The notes beneath the pieces were generated by a model, which saw only the letters and a program-made list of their open reading frames with translations, ran no database searches and was not told the DNA's origin. Source: Thermoproteota archaeon (GTDB lineage: Archaea; Thermoproteota; Thermoprotei_A; Sulfolobales; Ignisphaeraceae). From it: a stretch of 64,000 nt of DNA. Position 1 is the stretch's first letter, and each line of letters starts with the position of its first letter. The DNA lies in the NCBI GenBank assembly GCA_030550585.1, contig JAUQPB010000003.1:196333-260332 (forward strand), read 5' to 3'. The translations under genes and the position numbers were made by a program. Below are positions 1 to 10,617 of the stretch, piece after piece.

Positions 1-5
1 AAAGT

Positions 6-1079
6 TTGAGGGAAGCCGGTGTGAATACAGTATATCTAAGCTTTGATGGTGTAACACCAGAGACAAACTCGAAAAACCACTGGGAAGTGCCATATACCAT
101 CGAAGTTTTTAGAAATAGTGGTATGACAAGTGTAGTATTCGTCCCAACAGTCATTAAAAACGTTAATGACAACGAGCTGGGCGACATAATCAAGGTGGCA
201 GCGTACAATATGGATGTTGTAAGAGCTGTCAACTTCCAGCCGGTTAGTCTTGTGGGCATGATGAGAAAACAGGATAGAAGTAGGTATAGAATCACTATTC
301 CAGAGGTTATAAAGAAGGTAGAAGAGCAATTGGATGGAGAAATAACAAAGAATGATTGGTTCCCTGTAGGTGCTGCCGTACCAATAGCTAGGTTTTTGGA
401 GCTATTGGATCCTTCAAAGAGAGCAGAGTTCACTACACATCCAGTCTGTGGTGCTGCTACATATGTGTATGTGAAGAAAGTAGACAACAATGTCGAATTC
501 ATACCCATAACGAGATTCATAGATGCTGAGGGACTATTGGATTATCTAGAGAAAAGATATGAGTCCATTAAGGAGAAACCAAAGTTCCTAACGAAAATTC
601 TAGGAGCCTCAACAATACTATCTATACTAAATAAATTTGTGATGTGGGATAAGGTACCAGATGAGATAAGAAAGGAGCTGAGGTCAATATTGTTGGACAT
701 TTTCATACATAGAAACTATGAGGCTCTAGGAAGATTCCACTACAAGTTCCTATTCTTAGGAATGATGCATTTCATGGATGAATGGAATTACGATGTAGAG
801 AGGGTTATGAGATGCGTTATTCATTATGCTTTGCCCGACGGGAGGATAGTGCCGTTCTGCGCCTTTAATATACTCAACGATATATATAGAGATACCCCAC
901 AGAAAACATATGGTGTTCCAGTCGATGAGTATATCAAAAAATATGGAGAGAAGGTATTCCAGGAGCAGAAATATGTGCGAACAAAAGATTTGATAGAAAA
1001 AATGGTTAAGGGGGAGCCATATAGAAGATTCTATGCACCTGTAATCGACAAACTGAAAGCATTTTATCCCGAGCTATAA
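6..1079 (+). CDS. tes: Radical SAM protein, MJ0619/Tes (GDGT-MAS, tetraether lipid synthase) family, 5'-truncated by window edge
   Basis: Motifs YLSFDG, VNFQPVS, HPVCGAATY and MHFMDxWNYDVERVxRCVIHYxxPDGRIVPFC; the N-terminal CxxxCxxC lies outside the window. Confidence 0.75.
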   Translation: MREAGVNTVYLSFDGVTPETNSKNHWEVPYTIEVFRNSGMTSVVFVPTVIKNVNDNELGDIIKVAAYNMDVVRAVNFQPVSLVGMMRKQDRSRYRITIPEVIKKVEEQLDGEITKNDWFPVGAAVPIARFLELLDPSKRAEFTTHPVCGAATYVYVKKVDNNVEFIPITRFIDAEGLLDYLEKRYESIKEKPKFLTKILGASTILSILNKFVMWDKVPDEIRKELRSILLDIFIHRNYEALGRFHYKFLFLGMMHFMDEWNYDVERVMRCVIHYALPDGRIVPFCAFNILNDIYRDTPQKTYGVPVDEYIKKYGEKVFQEQKYVRTKDLIEKMVKGEPYRRFYAPVIDKLKAFYPEL

Positions 1080-1188
1080 ACTGTAAAGCTCTGCCGCAAC
1101 TGACTGTTTAGACTGTTCTTGTAGCCTCATAATATCAAGTTTTAGGTCTTGCATTTAAAAGCTCTTCAACAAACAAGCATAGTTTGAG

Positions 1189-2646
1189 GTGCTGTTAGTA
1201 GTGAGTCATAATATTGAGCATATCAGGCTGGTGACCTTCACTCCTATCAAACTTAGCGAGTATAAGGTTGCTGTGTTAGAGACTACGCCGGTAAAGGCAA
1301 ATCTTAAGGTTGTGAGCTTAGCTAATATTATCTCAAAGAATTTGAGCAAGCCTATTAACGTTAACATCAAGCATGTGATAAAAAGCAAAAATTTCATGAA
1401 GTTAGGTGATGAGGAGCTAAGCTATGTTGTCTATTTAATGGCGGCTTCATCCGTTCCTCTGTATCTATATAACTTTGATCCTCAGTTGCAATGTATTATC
1501 TCCTACATTAGTCTACCAAAAGATGGTGTCCCAACGCTACATACAGTAGCATTAGTTACTAGAAAAAACTTTAAAAATATTGGCAAAAGACAGACGTTTT
1601 TCATAGTTATTGCAAAGACTATGGAGAAAAACATTAGCATGAATATGGTTAGACAGTTCTACAAGATGTCTTGGAATTTGATAGCATACAAGCTCCGTGG
1701 AATAGCTGGAAATGATGTGGATTCTGTACCACCACAAAGAGTGTATACCTTGCTTGTCCAGCTTACCTTAGAAAAAGAAAGCGATGTTGTTGAGGTTGCT
1801 ATTCCAGAATTCAACGAGGCTATAAAGGTTAGGATACCTATAAGAAAACCTGAATGGAGTTTAAATGATATGCCCCCAAAGCTCAGAAACGATATTGAAA
1901 CAATAATAGTTAAACCAATATTGAACAAAGCTTCTTATGCCCCTAGAGGGATACTGATTACAGGTCCTCCGGGGGTTGGAAAAACCGTTTCTGCAGAGGC
2001 TATATCAAGTGCATTAAAAACAAGAATAGTGGAGTTGCGTCCAAGTACATATCGTTCTATGTGGTATGGACTAACGGAGAAGATCTTAGAAGAAACGTTG
2101 CAAGCTGTGAAGCGCAAAAGCAATGTGACTGTGCTTCTAGACGATGTCGATTTTCTTGTTGGCAGACACATAGCTATTCATGAGACACACGTATCTGAGA
2201 TAACTATATTCCTAAGATTTTTACAAAGCGAACAAAGACCCCTAGTCATTTTAACTACAAATACACCTGAGCTTTTGGACCCAGCTTTGATACGTCCTGG
2301 TAGAATAGATGTTGTGATGCTTATGGGGTACCCAGATAGAGAATTTAGGAAATACATAGCTATTAAAAGTGCAAGAAGATATGGCTTAGAATTAAAAACA
2401 GAAGTCTTAGATATTATCGCAGATTCAACAAGATGGTTCACACACGCTGAAATAGATGCCCTAATCAGGCTTGCCGCCAGCAAATCTGAAGGAAATATAA
2501 ATGAAGATGCCGTCATGTGGGCTCGCCAAAGGTTTGCCATCAACGAGTCTATTAGAAAATCGATTCAAGATAGGCTAAGATGGTTTGGAGAGCAATTCCA
2601 AGGCATAACAATAAAGTATGTTCCAAATGACAATGAGATAATTTGA
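1189..2646 (+). CDS. AAA+ ATPase with uncharacterised N-terminal region
   Basis: Walker A GPPGVGKT, Walker B LLDDVD, SRH LDPALIRPGRID; start codon uncertain. Confidence 0.8.
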   Translation: MLLVVSHNIEHIRLVTFTPIKLSEYKVAVLETTPVKANLKVVSLANIISKNLSKPINVNIKHVIKSKNFMKLGDEELSYVVYLMAASSVPLYLYNFDPQLQCIISYISLPKDGVPTLHTVALVTRKNFKNIGKRQTFFIVIAKTMEKNISMNMVRQFYKMSWNLIAYKLRGIAGNDVDSVPPQRVYTLLVQLTLEKESDVVEVAIPEFNEAIKVRIPIRKPEWSLNDMPPKLRNDIETIIVKPILNKASYAPRGILITGPPGVGKTVSAEAISSALKTRIVELRPSTYRSMWYGLTEKILEETLQAVKRKSNVTVLLDDVDFLVGRHIAIHETHVSEITIFLRFLQSEQRPLVILTTNTPELLDPALIRPGRIDVVMLMGYPDREFRKYIAIKSARRYGLELKTEVLDIIADSTRWFTHAEIDALIRLAASKSEGNINEDAVMWARQRFAINESIRKSIQDRLRWFGEQFQGITIKYVPNDNEII

Positions 2647-2738
2647 TTCAAAGGTTACTTGGAATTATATAGCTAAAAAGCTAAAATCAAAGCCCTTCAA
2701 AAATTTTGCAGAGAGATCATTATGGTTATTTCTATTCC

Positions 2739-3869
2739 TTAGATGCATGATTTTAGACATTGTCTAAAGGCATTAGCAACGAAGTCTATATCTCTATCCA
2801 CTAATTTAGGATGAACAGGAAGGCTCAATTCTCTTTCTGCAAGCACAGATGCATTACTACAACACTCTTTATAGCCTAGCTTCTGGAATAGTGGTTGTTT
2901 GTGAAGAGGCAGAGGATAGTGTATAGCAGTTTCAACTCCTTTTGCACTCATACATTCAACAACACATTTTCTATTCACATTAGAAGACAGTTTTAATGCA
3001 TACACATGATATACGTGCTTTGCCCATGGCGCTTCGTAAGGAAGTTCAACATAATCCTTTAAATCGCTAAGTTTTGCAGTTAGCAAACCTGCGTTCTTCC
3101 TTCTGATCTCATTTAGCTTATCAAGTTTTTTTAATTGTGCTTCTCCTAGAGCAGCTTGGATTGATGTCATTCTGTAGTTTCCTCCAAGTTCTTCATGGAT
3201 ATATCTAGCTGTTTGACCATGATTTCTAAGCAATTTGACTTTTTCTATGACCCGCCTATCATCTGATAAAACAATTCCGCCCTCGCCTGTAGTCATATTT
3301 TTTGTTGCATAGAAACTAAATATTGCGGCATCCCCGAAACTGCCTACCTTTTTACCCCAGGCCTCTGCACCATGAGCTTGGGCAGCATCTTCTATAAGAA
3401 CTATCTTTTTATCGGATGCTATATCCTTTATAGTCTTAATATCTGCGGGATGTCCAAAAAGATGAACTACTATGATAGCCTTGGGATTAGTTTCAGAGAT
3501 TTTCTTCTGAAGATCATCCACATCCATATTAAATGTTTTGTAGTCAACGTCTACAAAGATTGGTGTGGCCCCAACCATTAGCACGCTGGTTGCTGTTGCT
3601 ATGAATGTGTAGTCAGGTACAAGAACTTTGTCACCATTTCCTATGCCTAGGGCTTTCAATGAAAGCATCAAAGCTACTGTTCCATTGCTTACCGCAGCAG
3701 CATATTTAACTCCTACATATTCTGCAAAATTCTTCTCAAAAGATTCCACAACAGGTCCGTGGGCAAGCCAACCAGATTTCAACACAGATACAACAGCATT
3801 TATATCCTCATCTTCTATAACAGGTTCAAACATTTTTATTCTGTAGCTAGACAACATTAAACACCACAA
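2739..3869 (-). CDS. DegT/DnrJ/EryC1/StrS PLP-dependent sugar aminotransferase
   Basis: SNGTVAL, IEDAAQAHGA, FSFYATKNMTTGEGG, GGNYRM; true start probably a few codons downstream. Confidence 0.92.
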   Translation of the reverse strand: MWCLMLSSYRIKMFEPVIEDEDINAVVSVLKSGWLAHGPVVESFEKNFAEYVGVKYAAAVSNGTVALMLSLKALGIGNGDKVLVPDYTFIATATSVLMVGATPIFVDVDYKTFNMDVDDLQKKISETNPKAIIVVHLFGHPADIKTIKDIASDKKIVLIEDAAQAHGAEAWGKKVGSFGDAAIFSFYATKNMTTGEGGIVLSDDRRVIEKVKLLRNHGQTARYIHEELGGNYRMTSIQAALGEAQLKKLDKLNEIRRKNAGLLTAKLSDLKDYVELPYEAPWAKHVYHVYALKLSSNVNRKCVVECMSAKGVETAIHYPLPLHKQPLFQKLGYKECCSNASVLAERELSLPVHPKLVDRDIDFVANAFRQCLKSCI

Positions 3870-5000
3870 CTATAGGTATATGACTCGTGGCAGGGAGGTT
3901 AAAATCTTTCCTCCAGATTCATTAATATATACATCCTCTTCTATTCTAACACCAAATTTGTTGTATATATATACCCCTGGTTCAACCGTAACGACATCAC
4001 CATGCATCAAAATGTCTGTGGAATTCGAAGAAAGTCTGGGCAACTCATGAACATCGACCCCAATGCCATGTCCGAGACCATGGATAAAGAATTGATCTAT
4101 GCCCTCTTTCTTCAGCAAGTCTCTTGCTATAGAATCTAAATAACTTGCTTTAGCACTAGGCCTCAAATCGCTTGTTACAGCATCTATAGCGTTGCATATC
4201 AATTCAATGTATTTGTATATTTCAGAGTACTCAGAAGGTAGATCCTTCTTTATGAAAATCCTTGTCACATCTGATACATATCCCCTAAATCTTACACCAA
4301 AGTCTATTAATATTGGCTCTGCACCATCAAATCGCTTATTTTGCGGCGAATGATGGGGTTTTGCAGTGTTCCTGCCTATCGCAACGATAGGTGAGTAGGC
4401 AATGCCGTCTGCACCATAGTTTAACGCTAGTTCTATCAGCTTCCCTGCTATCTCTTTTTCACTAATTCCGGGAGATATCAATACTGGAATTTCCTTAAGC
4501 ACCTTCTCAGTTATTTTAATGGCTTCCCCAATCATAGAAACCTCCACATCTGTTTTTATCCTTCTAACCAAGTCTACTATGGGTTTAACATTTACACACA
4601 ACCTTGATTCACAAGAAGACATATTATCTGATGCCACAACTTTAGCATCATTCATTACACTCTCAATAGATCTTCTCATATCTTCAAAGCTAACTACACT
4701 CACATTATCTGGCAACTTCAACGAACTAGAGAATACAGGTATAAACCTCGCTATAGAGGTGTTACCATAGTATTCAATGACGCGAAAGTAATCGAGCAAT
4801 GAAACATATGTGGTAACTTCTAATGTCCTTGCATTTATAATTACATACATAACTGATAATTCATTTGGTGGCGGATTATACATATCTGCAAAGAGATATG
4901 AAAGAGCATCAAAGCTTTTCAATGCAATGACATCAACATCAAAATATTTTTTGATCTCATTAACAATCTTCTCAATTCGCATCTTAAATAAGGTTTCCAA
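3870..5000 (-). CDS. M24 family Xaa-Pro aminopeptidase/prolidase
   Basis: DFGVRFRGYVSDVTR, HGLGHGIGVDVHE, TVEPGVY, GVRIEED. Confidence 0.9.
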   Translation of the reverse strand: METLFKMRIEKIVNEIKKYFDVDVIALKSFDALSYLFADMYNPPPNELSVMYVIINARTLEVTTYVSLLDYFRVIEYYGNTSIARFIPVFSSSLKLPDNVSVVSFEDMRRSIESVMNDAKVVASDNMSSCESRLCVNVKPIVDLVRRIKTDVEVSMIGEAIKITEKVLKEIPVLISPGISEKEIAGKLIELALNYGADGIAYSPIVAIGRNTAKPHHSPQNKRFDGAEPILIDFGVRFRGYVSDVTRIFIKKDLPSEYSEIYKYIELICNAIDAVTSDLRPSAKASYLDSIARDLLKKEGIDQFFIHGLGHGIGVDVHELPRLSSNSTDILMHGDVVTVEPGVYIYNKFGVRIEEDVYINESGGKILTSLPRVIYL

Positions 5001-5090
5001 AACAAACCGCCTTAAAGTGTCATAACAAGAGGTTAGACAAAAAATTTATGAACGGCTACAGTAATAAATTTTGATTATAGAGCTGGAGAC

Positions 5091-5354
5091 GTGAGGCTAC
5101 GGCGCCGAGACAACAAATTAGAAAGCATGAGGAGCAGTATAATGAGCATCACAAAAAGAAATCTGGTTATGTGTCCAAGGTGTGGAACATCATTGCAGAT
5201 GGCTGTAGAAAGTGAGCATAGAGGAAAGGAGGTGATAATTTCGTATAGCCATCTCTGTCCTGTATGCAGGTATAAGGAAATGGTTGAACAGATAAATATA
5301 AGATTGAATGGAGACAAGATCTATATAGTGAAACAGTATGAAAAATTTAAATAA
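5091..5354 (+). CDS. Small zinc-ribbon protein
   Basis: CPRC...CPVC pair; start probably at a downstream ATG. Confidence 0.6.
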   Translation: MRLRRRDNKLESMRSSIMSITKRNLVMCPRCGTSLQMAVESEHRGKEVIISYSHLCPVCRYKEMVEQINIRLNGDKIYIVKQYEKFK

Positions 5355-5414
5355 AAGGATTTTTTAACTATGGCATTAGAACTTGCGCATCTAAAAATTA
5401 TGTTCAATATCTAG

Positions 5415-6131
5415 GTGTTGCATTTAATGCCATTATCAAAAACGATGCTGTACACAACTGGGATAACAATTACCACAATAGTTGTTTTCTCATCTATTTC
5501 TACGTTCATACCATCAAATTACATTCCTATAGCTAATGTGGTGTATATAATAGCTTTTATGTTTATAGTCATGGCCATACCAAGAATTATGATGAGAAAA
5601 AAGAGTGTTGAGATCAGGGGGACAATCCTGCTTAAAGCCTCGCCTCAAGAGGTTATGAACTTAACGCTAAAAGATAGTGAATTAGAAAAAGAGTTGAGAC
5701 CTCAAATCATGGCAATGATTATGATGACTTTCATACCACTAATCCTTTGGTTTATACTTGCAGGATTTATATCAAGTGCTTTGTCTCCCATAACTACATC
5801 TAGTAATGTTTTACACAGATTTGTTGGGTATATCATATTTTATTCAGTGTTGCTTGGAATCATCAGAATTGTGACATATTTTATAACTCCTAAAAAGATG
5901 ATAATGCCTATTAACAGCTATGAGATAAGAAGTGATGGAATAAAGGCAAGTGGGCTTGTTCTAACATTTCCTATTGATATCAATAGATATCAGGTAAACA
6001 TTAACATGAAGAGAAACTTTTTTGAGATAATCGATAAATCAACGCGATATGCATACAGGTTTTATGTATCAGACATAAACAAAGCCAAAAACGTTTTAGA
6101 GAAGTATGGAGGGATAAAAAGTGGTACTTAA
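5415..6131 (+). CDS. Membrane protein, DUF2208-like
   Basis: Four hydrophobic segments plus a beta-rich C-terminal domain; resembles crenarchaeal DUF2208 proteins. Confidence 0.55.
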   Translation: MLHLMPLSKTMLYTTGITITTIVVFSSISTFIPSNYIPIANVVYIIAFMFIVMAIPRIMMRKKSVEIRGTILLKASPQEVMNLTLKDSELEKELRPQIMAMIMMTFIPLILWFILAGFISSALSPITTSSNVLHRFVGYIIFYSVLLGIIRIVTYFITPKKMIMPINSYEIRSDGIKASGLVLTFPIDINRYQVNINMKRNFFEIIDKSTRYAYRFYVSDINKAKNVLEKYGGIKSGT

Positions 6132-6324
6132 CATTGTGACTATAACCACCTACTGGAAAAGCAATGAGGTTGTAGACCACAATTCTGTATATGAAATGTT
6201 ATTTTTGCAACCCGCTTCAAAATATTTTGGTATAATCATCGGTATTGGCATGTTCTTTTTGGTATTAGGGCTTGTGATGAGATCCTCAAAAATTAAGATT
6301 CGGCCAAGATCCTCATCTACATAA
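6121..6324 (+). CDS. Small single-TM hypothetical protein
   Basis: Overlaps upstream stop; one hydrophobic helix followed by a basic tail. Confidence 0.35.
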   Translation: MVLNIVTITTYWKSNEVVDHNSVYEMLFLQPASKYFGIIIGIGMFFLVLGLVMRSSKIKIRPRSSST

Positions 6325-6347
6325 ATATATGCATTGCCGTAGTTGCC

Positions 6348-6899
6348 TTATAATGGTTCCACTGCTTCACCAATTCTAATGTTTTTAAAAACAGTTGCTC
6401 TAGCAACACTTACAGTTGCCACCATATACCATCTTCTCATGGGCACAGTTCTTATGTATACAACCCACTCAGGATTCTCTAAATCAACTTTTCTTTCAAT
6501 TCCCTCAGCAATTGTCTTTACAGCATCAATTGTATGCATCTTGACAAGCCTTCCACTTTCATCCACGGTGAATATTTTGCCATGCAATGTAATTCTATAA
6601 GAGGCGCTTGGAGGAATCCTAGCTAGTGCAAGGCTCCTCGCTTTTTCAGCAACCTTGTGTATCACAGGGTCGACTATATCATCTACTGGTATGATCCTAT
6701 GTATGGGCGTGTCTTTCCCTTGCAAACACTTCTTCATTTCAAACCAGAATCTATATGGCTCAGATACATTAAGTAAGATAAGCGACGATCTAACCTTAAC
6801 AACAATATATGAAGTCCCAACACAGCTATTCACTTGCGAAAATGCCCAATCAATATTCTCTCTGCTTGGATCTAAAGTTATTAAGACATTGAAACTCAT
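6348..6899 (-). CDS. THUMP-domain RNA-binding protein
   Basis: HRIIPVD, SYRITLHG, KVDLENPEWVVYI. Confidence 0.8.
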   Translation of the reverse strand: MSFNVLITLDPSRENIDWAFSQVNSCVGTSYIVVKVRSSLILLNVSEPYRFWFEMKKCLQGKDTPIHRIIPVDDIVDPVIHKVAEKARSLALARIPPSASYRITLHGKIFTVDESGRLVKMHTIDAVKTIAEGIERKVDLENPEWVVYIRTVPMRRWYMVATVSVARATVFKNIRIGEAVEPL

Positions 6900-6900
6900 T

Positions 6901-7323
6901 TTATAACCTCTTCAATATTTTAATATATGATATTACCCCTCGTGGGATTACATAAGCCTTATTTTGATGCAGCAAAGCAACTTCATTTCTAGATATCTTC
7001 ACAATCCTTCCATTCAAATCCTGGCCATTAACAAGCTTTATATCGGCATCGGATCCTATCAAATCCTCATCAAGAACATATTCCTTGTCGCAACACTCTC
7101 CATAGCCATGAACATCGCTTTGCCCTGTAACTACATACACTATAGCCTGTCTGGAAACAATGACAGCAGCATTTTCGACTAGCATTCCTATCTCATGATT
7201 TGTAACCTCGTCAACTAGACCCATCAACTTGCTGCCATCGATGGTATAAACCTCTATGCTTCTACCAACAAATCTTTCATCGATTATATAAAACCCTCTT
7301 CTCTTACCCTGATAATAGGACAC
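6901..7323 (-). CDS. Protein with two tandem Sm/Hfq-like domains
   Basis: Internal duplication: YIIDERFVGRSIEVYTIDGSKLMGLV...IVSRQAIVYV and YVLDEDLIGSDADIKLVNGQDLNGRI...VIPRGVISYI. Confidence 0.6.
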   Translation of the reverse strand: MSYYQGKRRGFYIIDERFVGRSIEVYTIDGSKLMGLVDEVTNHEIGMLVENAAVIVSRQAIVYVVTGQSDVHGYGECCDKEYVLDEDLIGSDADIKLVNGQDLNGRIVKISRNEVALLHQNKAYVIPRGVISYIKILKRL

Positions 7324-7482
7324 TCTGTTTGCACCAAGACCATTTTTACACTATAAACTTTTTAAGCTATTGACAAAGCCATTAATAAACTGAAACCACG
7401 GTTTTATACGCCATATATAATGTTTTTAAGAAAATCTTTTAATTCTAACAAACCACAAACACTGTTTTGGTGAAAAACTTTT

Positions 7483-8913
7483 GTGTCAATAAAAATATAT
7501 AATACATTAACAAGATCTGTAGAGCCTTTTCAGCCTCTATCACCACCAATAATAAAAGCATACTTTTGTGGACCAACAGTCTACGACCACACTCATTTAG
7601 GGCATGTAAGAGCCTATCTAGCCTTTGACTTTATAAAGAGATATCTCAAGCTTAGAGGGTACACCTTTATCCATGTTCAAAACATTACAGATATTGATGA
7701 CAAAATCATTAAAAGGGCAAATGACGAGGGTGTATCCTGGAGGGAGATAGTAGATAGATACACAAAAGAATATCTAGATGTGTTAACAAAACTTGGTATA
7801 GTTATTGATATTCATCCCAAGGTTACGGAACATATCAAAGAGATAATAGAATTCATCGAAAAACTCATTGAAAAAGGTCATGCTTATGTTGCGCCAAGCG
7901 GTTCTGTGTATTTCGATGTATCAACAGTTTCAGACTATGGCAAACTTTCAAAAAGGTTTAAGAGTGAGGAGTGGCGCCAAGAGGAAGAGTTTTTGGCCGA
8001 GAAAAGAAATCCATATGATTTTGCGTTATGGAAAGCGGCAAAGCCGGGAGAACCGTGGTGGGAGTCTCCATGGGGGCGCGGAAGACCTGGGTGGCATACA
8101 GAGTGCGCTGTAATGAGTAGTCGGTATCTTGGAACACAGTTTGATATACATGGTGGTGGACAGGATCTGATATTCCCCCATCATGAAAATGAAATTGCCA
8201 TGGCTGAGGCTGTCTATGGAGTAAAGCCATGGGTAAAATACTGGATTCATGTAGGCTATTTGACTATAAGAGGAGAAAAGATGAGTAAAAGTCTAGGCAA
8301 CGTGATAACGGCTAAAGAGGCTATAGAAAAATTCTCGCCAGAGGTTCTCCGTCTCTGGGTTTTCTCAGCACATTACAGAAAACAATTAGAATTTGATGAA
8401 AATATACTGCAAGAGTACAAAGTTTTGTACCAACGACTTGTAACAGCAATAGAAAATTTGAGGAACATAATAAAAAGTCCGAGAGTGTCACATTATTTAA
8501 CTGATGAAGATGTCTCAATTTTAAGTAAGCTGGAGGCTAATGAAATGATGTTCCATGATGCTATGTCAAACGATTTCAATACACCAAAAGCACTAGAAGC
8601 TGTAAATAATGTTCTTTCTATAGTATTTAAAGATGTTGTTAGAAGAGAAACATATGAACTGGCTCTAAGGGCCTACTCGATTCTTGCAAACTTTAACACT
8701 GTATTAGGTGTTTTAGACAAGTATCTAAAGGAGAAAATAACTATTGATTTAGAGTTCATAGAAAAACTTGTTGACATAATAATTAGAGTGAGAGCAGAGC
8801 TTAGAAAGAAGAAAGAATATGAGCTAAGTGATAGAATAAGGCAGGAACTCCTTGCATTAGGCATAAAAGTCTTCGATTATAAAGATGAGAGCAAATGGGT
8901 GTGGGAAAGATGA
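7483..8913 (+). CDS. cysS: Cysteine--tRNA ligase
   Basis: CGPTVYD, HLGH, GRPGWHTEC, DIHGGGQDLIFPHHENE, KMSKS. Confidence 0.97.
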   Translation: MSIKIYNTLTRSVEPFQPLSPPIIKAYFCGPTVYDHTHLGHVRAYLAFDFIKRYLKLRGYTFIHVQNITDIDDKIIKRANDEGVSWREIVDRYTKEYLDVLTKLGIVIDIHPKVTEHIKEIIEFIEKLIEKGHAYVAPSGSVYFDVSTVSDYGKLSKRFKSEEWRQEEEFLAEKRNPYDFALWKAAKPGEPWWESPWGRGRPGWHTECAVMSSRYLGTQFDIHGGGQDLIFPHHENEIAMAEAVYGVKPWVKYWIHVGYLTIRGEKMSKSLGNVITAKEAIEKFSPEVLRLWVFSAHYRKQLEFDENILQEYKVLYQRLVTAIENLRNIIKSPRVSHYLTDEDVSILSKLEANEMMFHDAMSNDFNTPKALEAVNNVLSIVFKDVVRRETYELALRAYSILANFNTVLGVLDKYLKEKITIDLEFIEKLVDIIIRVRAELRKKKEYELSDRIRQELLALGIKVFDYKDESKWVWER

Positions 8914-9230
8914 TTTGTAGTATAGCATCTGAGAATATTCCAGAAAAAGAACTGGAAAAGCTGTTAGACCTTACAGCACTAGAGACTAGGAGAAACAGAG
9001 GAAAATTCTTTATACTAATATTTACTGCATCATCAATAAAAAATGTTTTTAAATATCGAGACATTTTTACGAAGTATCTTGATCTTGGTGTAAGAGTCTA
9101 TATAGAAGATAGAAACGTCCAAAATAGCGAATTGCTAAACACATGTACAAAAATATTGTATTCTAAAAACGATCCTGGTATACAAAGTTTGATTAATAAC
9201 ATTGAAAGTGCAAATGCCACGGCAATCTAA
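8895..9230 (+). CDS. Hypothetical protein
   Basis: ORF coupled to the cysS stop (ATGA overlap at 8910). Confidence 0.5.
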   Translation: MGVGKMICSIASENIPEKELEKLLDLTALETRRNRGKFFILIFTASSIKNVFKYRDIFTKYLDLGVRVYIEDRNVQNSELLNTCTKILYSKNDPGIQSLINNIESANATAI

Positions 9231-9603
9231 GGAAAATTGTATGCGAGGTCCCCGTCGCTCCACCCAACATCACAAGTCAGAGATGCTCCTTAGGTCATCC
9301 CTCTACAAATCTTTGAATGCTAAAACGAAATTAAGCTTATACGCCGCAAAATGTGAGATTTGCAAAGATAGGTCAGCCAGATATGTGTGTACAATATGCA
9401 ATAGATATGTGTGTGAAGAACATTACGATGAAAAAAATAGAATGTGTACAATATGCGCCGAGACATTATGCGATATATGCAGAGGTTCTTTGTCTATAGG
9501 TAGATGCAGCAATTGTGGAAGAAAGGTATGCCATAATTGCTCTGTTGAAATAGATGAAGTGCATAGGTTATGCTACTTCTGTTTGATATCAAGGAAAATA
9601 TAA
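9202..9603 (+). CDS. Multi-zinc-finger (Cys/His-rich) protein
   Basis: Eight CxxC/CxxH pairs in two repeated modules; true start likely near 9313. Confidence 0.65.
   Translation: MKVQMPRQSKENCMRGPRRSTQHHKSEMLLRSSLYKSLNAKTKLSLYAAKCEICKDRSARYVCTICNRYVCEEHYDEKNRMCTICAETLCDICRGSLSIGRCSNCGRKVCHNCSVEIDEVHRLCYFCLISRKI
9250..9303 (-). ncRNA. Possible degenerate box C/D sRNA
   Basis: Minus strand GGGATGA-cctaaggagcatct-CTGA-ctt-GTGATGT-tgggtggagcga; no canonical terminal D box. Confidence 0.3.
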
Positions 9604-9769
9604 ATTTGCTTATTCAATTTCAATTTAGGTGTTAAAAACATTACGAACTCTTAATCAGATATGCTCTTGAATGTTTTCAAAGCTTTTAAACCTTTCACAA
9701 AAGTAAAATAAAGGTAGCTCTTCGCTATAAAGTATACATCAATTAAGAAAACGCTAGAGGATACAGGAT

Positions 9770-10288
9770 ATGAACATCTCCTATATGCTAAGATATGCCC
9801 AAACATTAGAAAAAGTATATGAAGACACATTGAAGAAAGCGACTTCAAGTAAGGCTGATAAAAGATATATTCAAGTTTTATCAGAGGTGGTATCCTTCAT
9901 AACATCAATCAGAGCTTTCTTGAGCAAAGCATCTACAATGGATAAAGCATTTAGCGATATAAAGAATGGTAGGATATGCTTCAAGTGGTTTTACGTGGAA
10001 GATGGCCCAATTGTATCGTTATCTAGAATCGATCCACAAATAAGCATTTCATATGATGGTGCATCTATTACTGCTTCCTATCATCAAAACTCGATATCAC
10101 TCAATGAAAGAGAGATAAAAATAAAGTACAATGAATTCAATGATACTATTTTAATAAGCGATGCTGACAATATTGTTACTAAAAGATCTGTTATTATGAG
10201 ATTGGTTGGCGAAGTCTCTACGGCGCTACTAAAATATGCAGATGAATTTAGCATTTGTGTCAAAGCTGCTAAGCCTTTGCCATCATAG
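9770..10288 (+). CDS. Hypothetical protein
   Basis: 172-aa ORF with typical codon usage. Confidence 0.55.
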   Translation: MNISYMLRYAQTLEKVYEDTLKKATSSKADKRYIQVLSEVVSFITSIRAFLSKASTMDKAFSDIKNGRICFKWFYVEDGPIVSLSRIDPQISISYDGASITASYHQNSISLNEREIKIKYNEFNDTILISDADNIVTKRSVIMRLVGEVSTALLKYADEFSICVKAAKPLPS

Positions 10289-10539
10289 CTAAGCCGGTCT
10301 ATTCCATTATCTTAAAGAATGACGTCTATTTAGCTTCATGCCGAACATTCAAAGGATGGAAGCAACCCTAACAACTATTAGTATTTGCGTGGCGTTAAAA
10401 AGGTATCAAGGTCATGAGGAAACCCATGCGGTAAAATACATATTCAGGATCTGCAGATAGTGTTCTGCCCCAGCTCTTGGTTAAAGTTAAAAATAGCAAA
10501 GTAATCATGTACGCAATTAGACATTGTATTGATATGTTG

Positions 10540-10602
10540 AGATCAGTTGGGGATTCTAACATCATTTTATTTTATCAGCTGAGGCATGGGCTTCATCACA
10601 TT
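10540..10602 (-). ncRNA. Box C/D guide sRNA
   Basis: Minus strand C GTGATGA - agcccatgcctcag - D' CTGA - C' ATGATGT - tagaatccccaa - D CTGA. Confidence 0.8.
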
Positions 10603-10617
10603 CCTAATTATATTAGA

